Positions 62,532-64,000 of a stretch of 64,000 nt of DNA are shown here, piece by piece; within the stretch, counting starts at the first letter, position 1, and each line of letters begins with the position of its first letter. The DNA is taken from the sequence record NC_110934.1; one strand, given 5' to 3'. The stretch comes from Klebsiella phage KPP2018. The notes beneath the pieces were generated by a model. That model ran no database searches. It saw nothing but the letters and a program-made list of their open reading frames with translations, and was not told the DNA's origin. The position numbers and the translations under genes were made by a program.

Positions 62532-64000
62532 ATGACCTTGTTTAACGTGCAAGCTGTAGTGTTGAAGATGCTTCTAGCTTCTGAACAGAAGCAAATAGCA
62601 TTGGAAACATTCTCAAAACTGCATAAAGATCATTTTAATGACGCTTTCTCCTCAATTTACCAAGCCGTCCAGAATTATTATAAAAAATATAACACAATGC
62701 CGTCCATTGACGCACTTATGCTTGAAGCTAATAGGAACGCCCGCCTTTCTCAAGCTCTAGTCGTCTTAGCTAACACTCAAATTCCAGAAGTGAGCATGGA
62801 ACAGGCACTTGAAGTCCTAGAAGCCGAATATACACAGGATTTATTCCTGAAGCTTCTAGAAACAGACGTGCTTCAAGATTTAACAATGCTGGATCAGGGA
62901 GAAATTCTCAACCGAGTTGCCTCCCTTCACTTAAAATTAGAAGAGAAAGTAACGAATACTGGAAAAGTATTCAACGCAGATAACATGCGTATTTTCCAGA
63001 GAGAAGAAGATACCAAACTGAACTTAATAGCTCTTGGTATTTGTAATGAGTTCGACGCTCAAATTGGTTTAGCTCGCACAGAAACGTTACTGCTTGGTGG
63101 TTGGCGTGGTACTGGTAAATCCATTATCTGTTCAAACATACAGGTTCAGCAATATTTGAATGGAGATATTGCTCCATACTTCTCAATTGAGATGAAAGAA
63201 CATGAAGTATTTAGACGTAATCTAGCCATGTTAGCTGGTGTATCAGCACTAGCAATGCGTAATAATACTCTAGAAGGTGCAGCTCTATTGAGATTAGCCA
63301 GAACTAGAGCTAGAATGTTTAATGGTGGTGAAGAGCTTTTTGATAACTTCGTTAAACAATACACAATGGCTAAGATGAGTGATTTCTACGATATGGAAAG
63401 TAAGCTAATAGAGGGGTATGAGCTACATACTCCTATGATTATTGTTTATGACCCTGAGCTGTCTATTACAACAGTTGACGTAGAACTAAATAAATTAGTT
63501 GCTAGATATGGAGATAAAGTTACAGTAGCCTTACTGGACTATATTAACCAAACCCGACTTCCAGACTCTAAAACCATTGATATGTATGACTGGAAAGAAC
63601 AGATGGTTGTTAGCTCGTCTTTCAAATCTATCTGCCAGAAACATAACGTGGCTGGTGTAGCTCCTTACCAGATCGATCAAGATGGTAGAACACGTATGTC
63701 AAAGGGGATTCTTGATTCCGCTGACATGGCTGCTAATCTTAACGCTGCAAAAGCTGATAATGGTCAAGGTGCTATTATGTTTGACTTCGTTAAGACTCGT
63801 TCTTCTGATAGCGTGAAGTTTATGCCTAAAATGAACTGGGAAACTCTGCGAATGGATAACACTACCAACCTAGCAATGGAAGATATATCTCAAATGGAAG
63901 CTGAGTTCGTTATCCCTATTGAGAAGGATAAGCCAGCTCAACCTAAACGTGCTAAGAAAGACAAAGCTGAAAATTCAACAGGTGAACAGGCCAGCGATAT
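62532..64000 (+). CDS. DnaB-like replicative helicase, partial (runs off window end)
   Basis: Open frame from ATG 62532 to 64000 with no stop; Walker A-like LLLGGWRGTGKS; absent from ORF track only because it is unterminated. Confidence 0.65.
   Translation, partial: MTLFNVQAVVLKMLLASEQKQIALETFSKLHKDHFNDAFSSIYQAVQNYYKKYNTMPSIDALMLEANRNARLSQALVVLANTQIPEVSMEQALEVLEAEYTQDLFLKLLETDVLQDLTMLDQGEILNRVASLHLKLEEKVTNTGKVFNADNMRIFQREEDTKLNLIALGICNEFDAQIGLARTETLLLGGWRGTGKSIICSNIQVQQYLNGDIAPYFSIEMKEHEVFRRNLAMLAGVSALAMRNNTLEGAALLRLARTRARMFNGGEELFDNFVKQYTMAKMSDFYDMESKLIEGYELHTPMIIVYDPELSITTVDVELNKLVARYGDKVTVALLDYINQTRLPDSKTIDMYDWKEQMVVSSSFKSICQKHNVAGVAPYQIDQDGRTRMSKGILDSADMAANLNAAKADNGQGAIMFDFVKTRSSDSVKFMPKMNWETLRMDNTTNLAMEDISQMEAEFVIPIEKDKPAQPKRAKKDKAENSTGEQASD

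Overview
This window is the early-gene region of a T5-like (Tequintavirus-type) siphophage, AT-rich overall (roughly 38-40% GC).

Evidence for that assignment, all read directly from the ORF track and sequence:
- A lysis cassette: an L-alanyl-D-glutamate peptidase endolysin that matches my recollection of the T5 Lys sequence (I could not run a search), next to a 218-aa holin.
- A large cluster of minus-strand tRNA genes, about 25 in total, between 23.5-29.5 kb and 35-35.7 kb. Most are canonical, several are aberrant, and there are tRNA-like remnants.
- A nucleotide-metabolism block: dNMP kinase, a frameshifted ThyA, DHFR, NrdB, NrdA, PhoH, NrdD, a GrcA-like glycyl-radical protein, RNase H and a thioredoxin-like protein.
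- The T5 hallmark NAD-dependent DNA ligase split into two ORFs.
- A Sir2-like protein, a NADAR protein, two calcineurin-type phosphatases and a ClpP-like S14 peptidase.
- A DnaB-like helicase running off the right end of the window.
- More than 20 copies of one highly conserved early promoter-plus-leader element (TTGCTt, 17 bp, TATAAT, then an ATAAATTTGAGAGAGG-type leader) in front of the gene blocks.

Structural anomalies worth a second look:
1. A perfect 3,605-bp direct repeat. Positions 1-3605 equal 29465-33069. It duplicates six tRNAs, five small ORFs, a Toprim-domain ORF, a sigma70-like promoter and the 5' 770 bp of a gene for a Gly-rich membrane protein.
   - Copy 1 of that gene is truncated at 3605/3606.
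   - It is joined to an orphan C-terminal gene fragment.
2. Immediately right of the junction lies a GC-richer block (3606-6620).
   - It holds tightly coupled genes for very small membrane proteins.
   - It is followed by a roughly 1.6-kb non-coding, repeat-dense region with DnaA boxes, a perfect LexA box, Fur-box-like palindromes, three different iteron families and a 22-bp perfect palindrome.
   - This looks like a replication-origin or injection-stop-signal type region, as described at the end of the T5 terminal repeat.
3. At 32.2-35 kb a sigma70-type promoter drives a three-gene operon: a Gly-zipper/QN-rich membrane protein, a poly-Q protein and a 64-aa peptide with four Cys-Cys pairs. 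A convergent SPFH/HflC-like gene follows.

Other points: a stand-alone CheY-like receiver; a Sir2+HAD module with a tandem paralog pair; NrdD plus GrcA without a recognisable NrdG activase; and a 600-bp leader in front of a 929-aa ATPase that has a non-ATG start.

No CRISPR array, integrase or transposase was seen.
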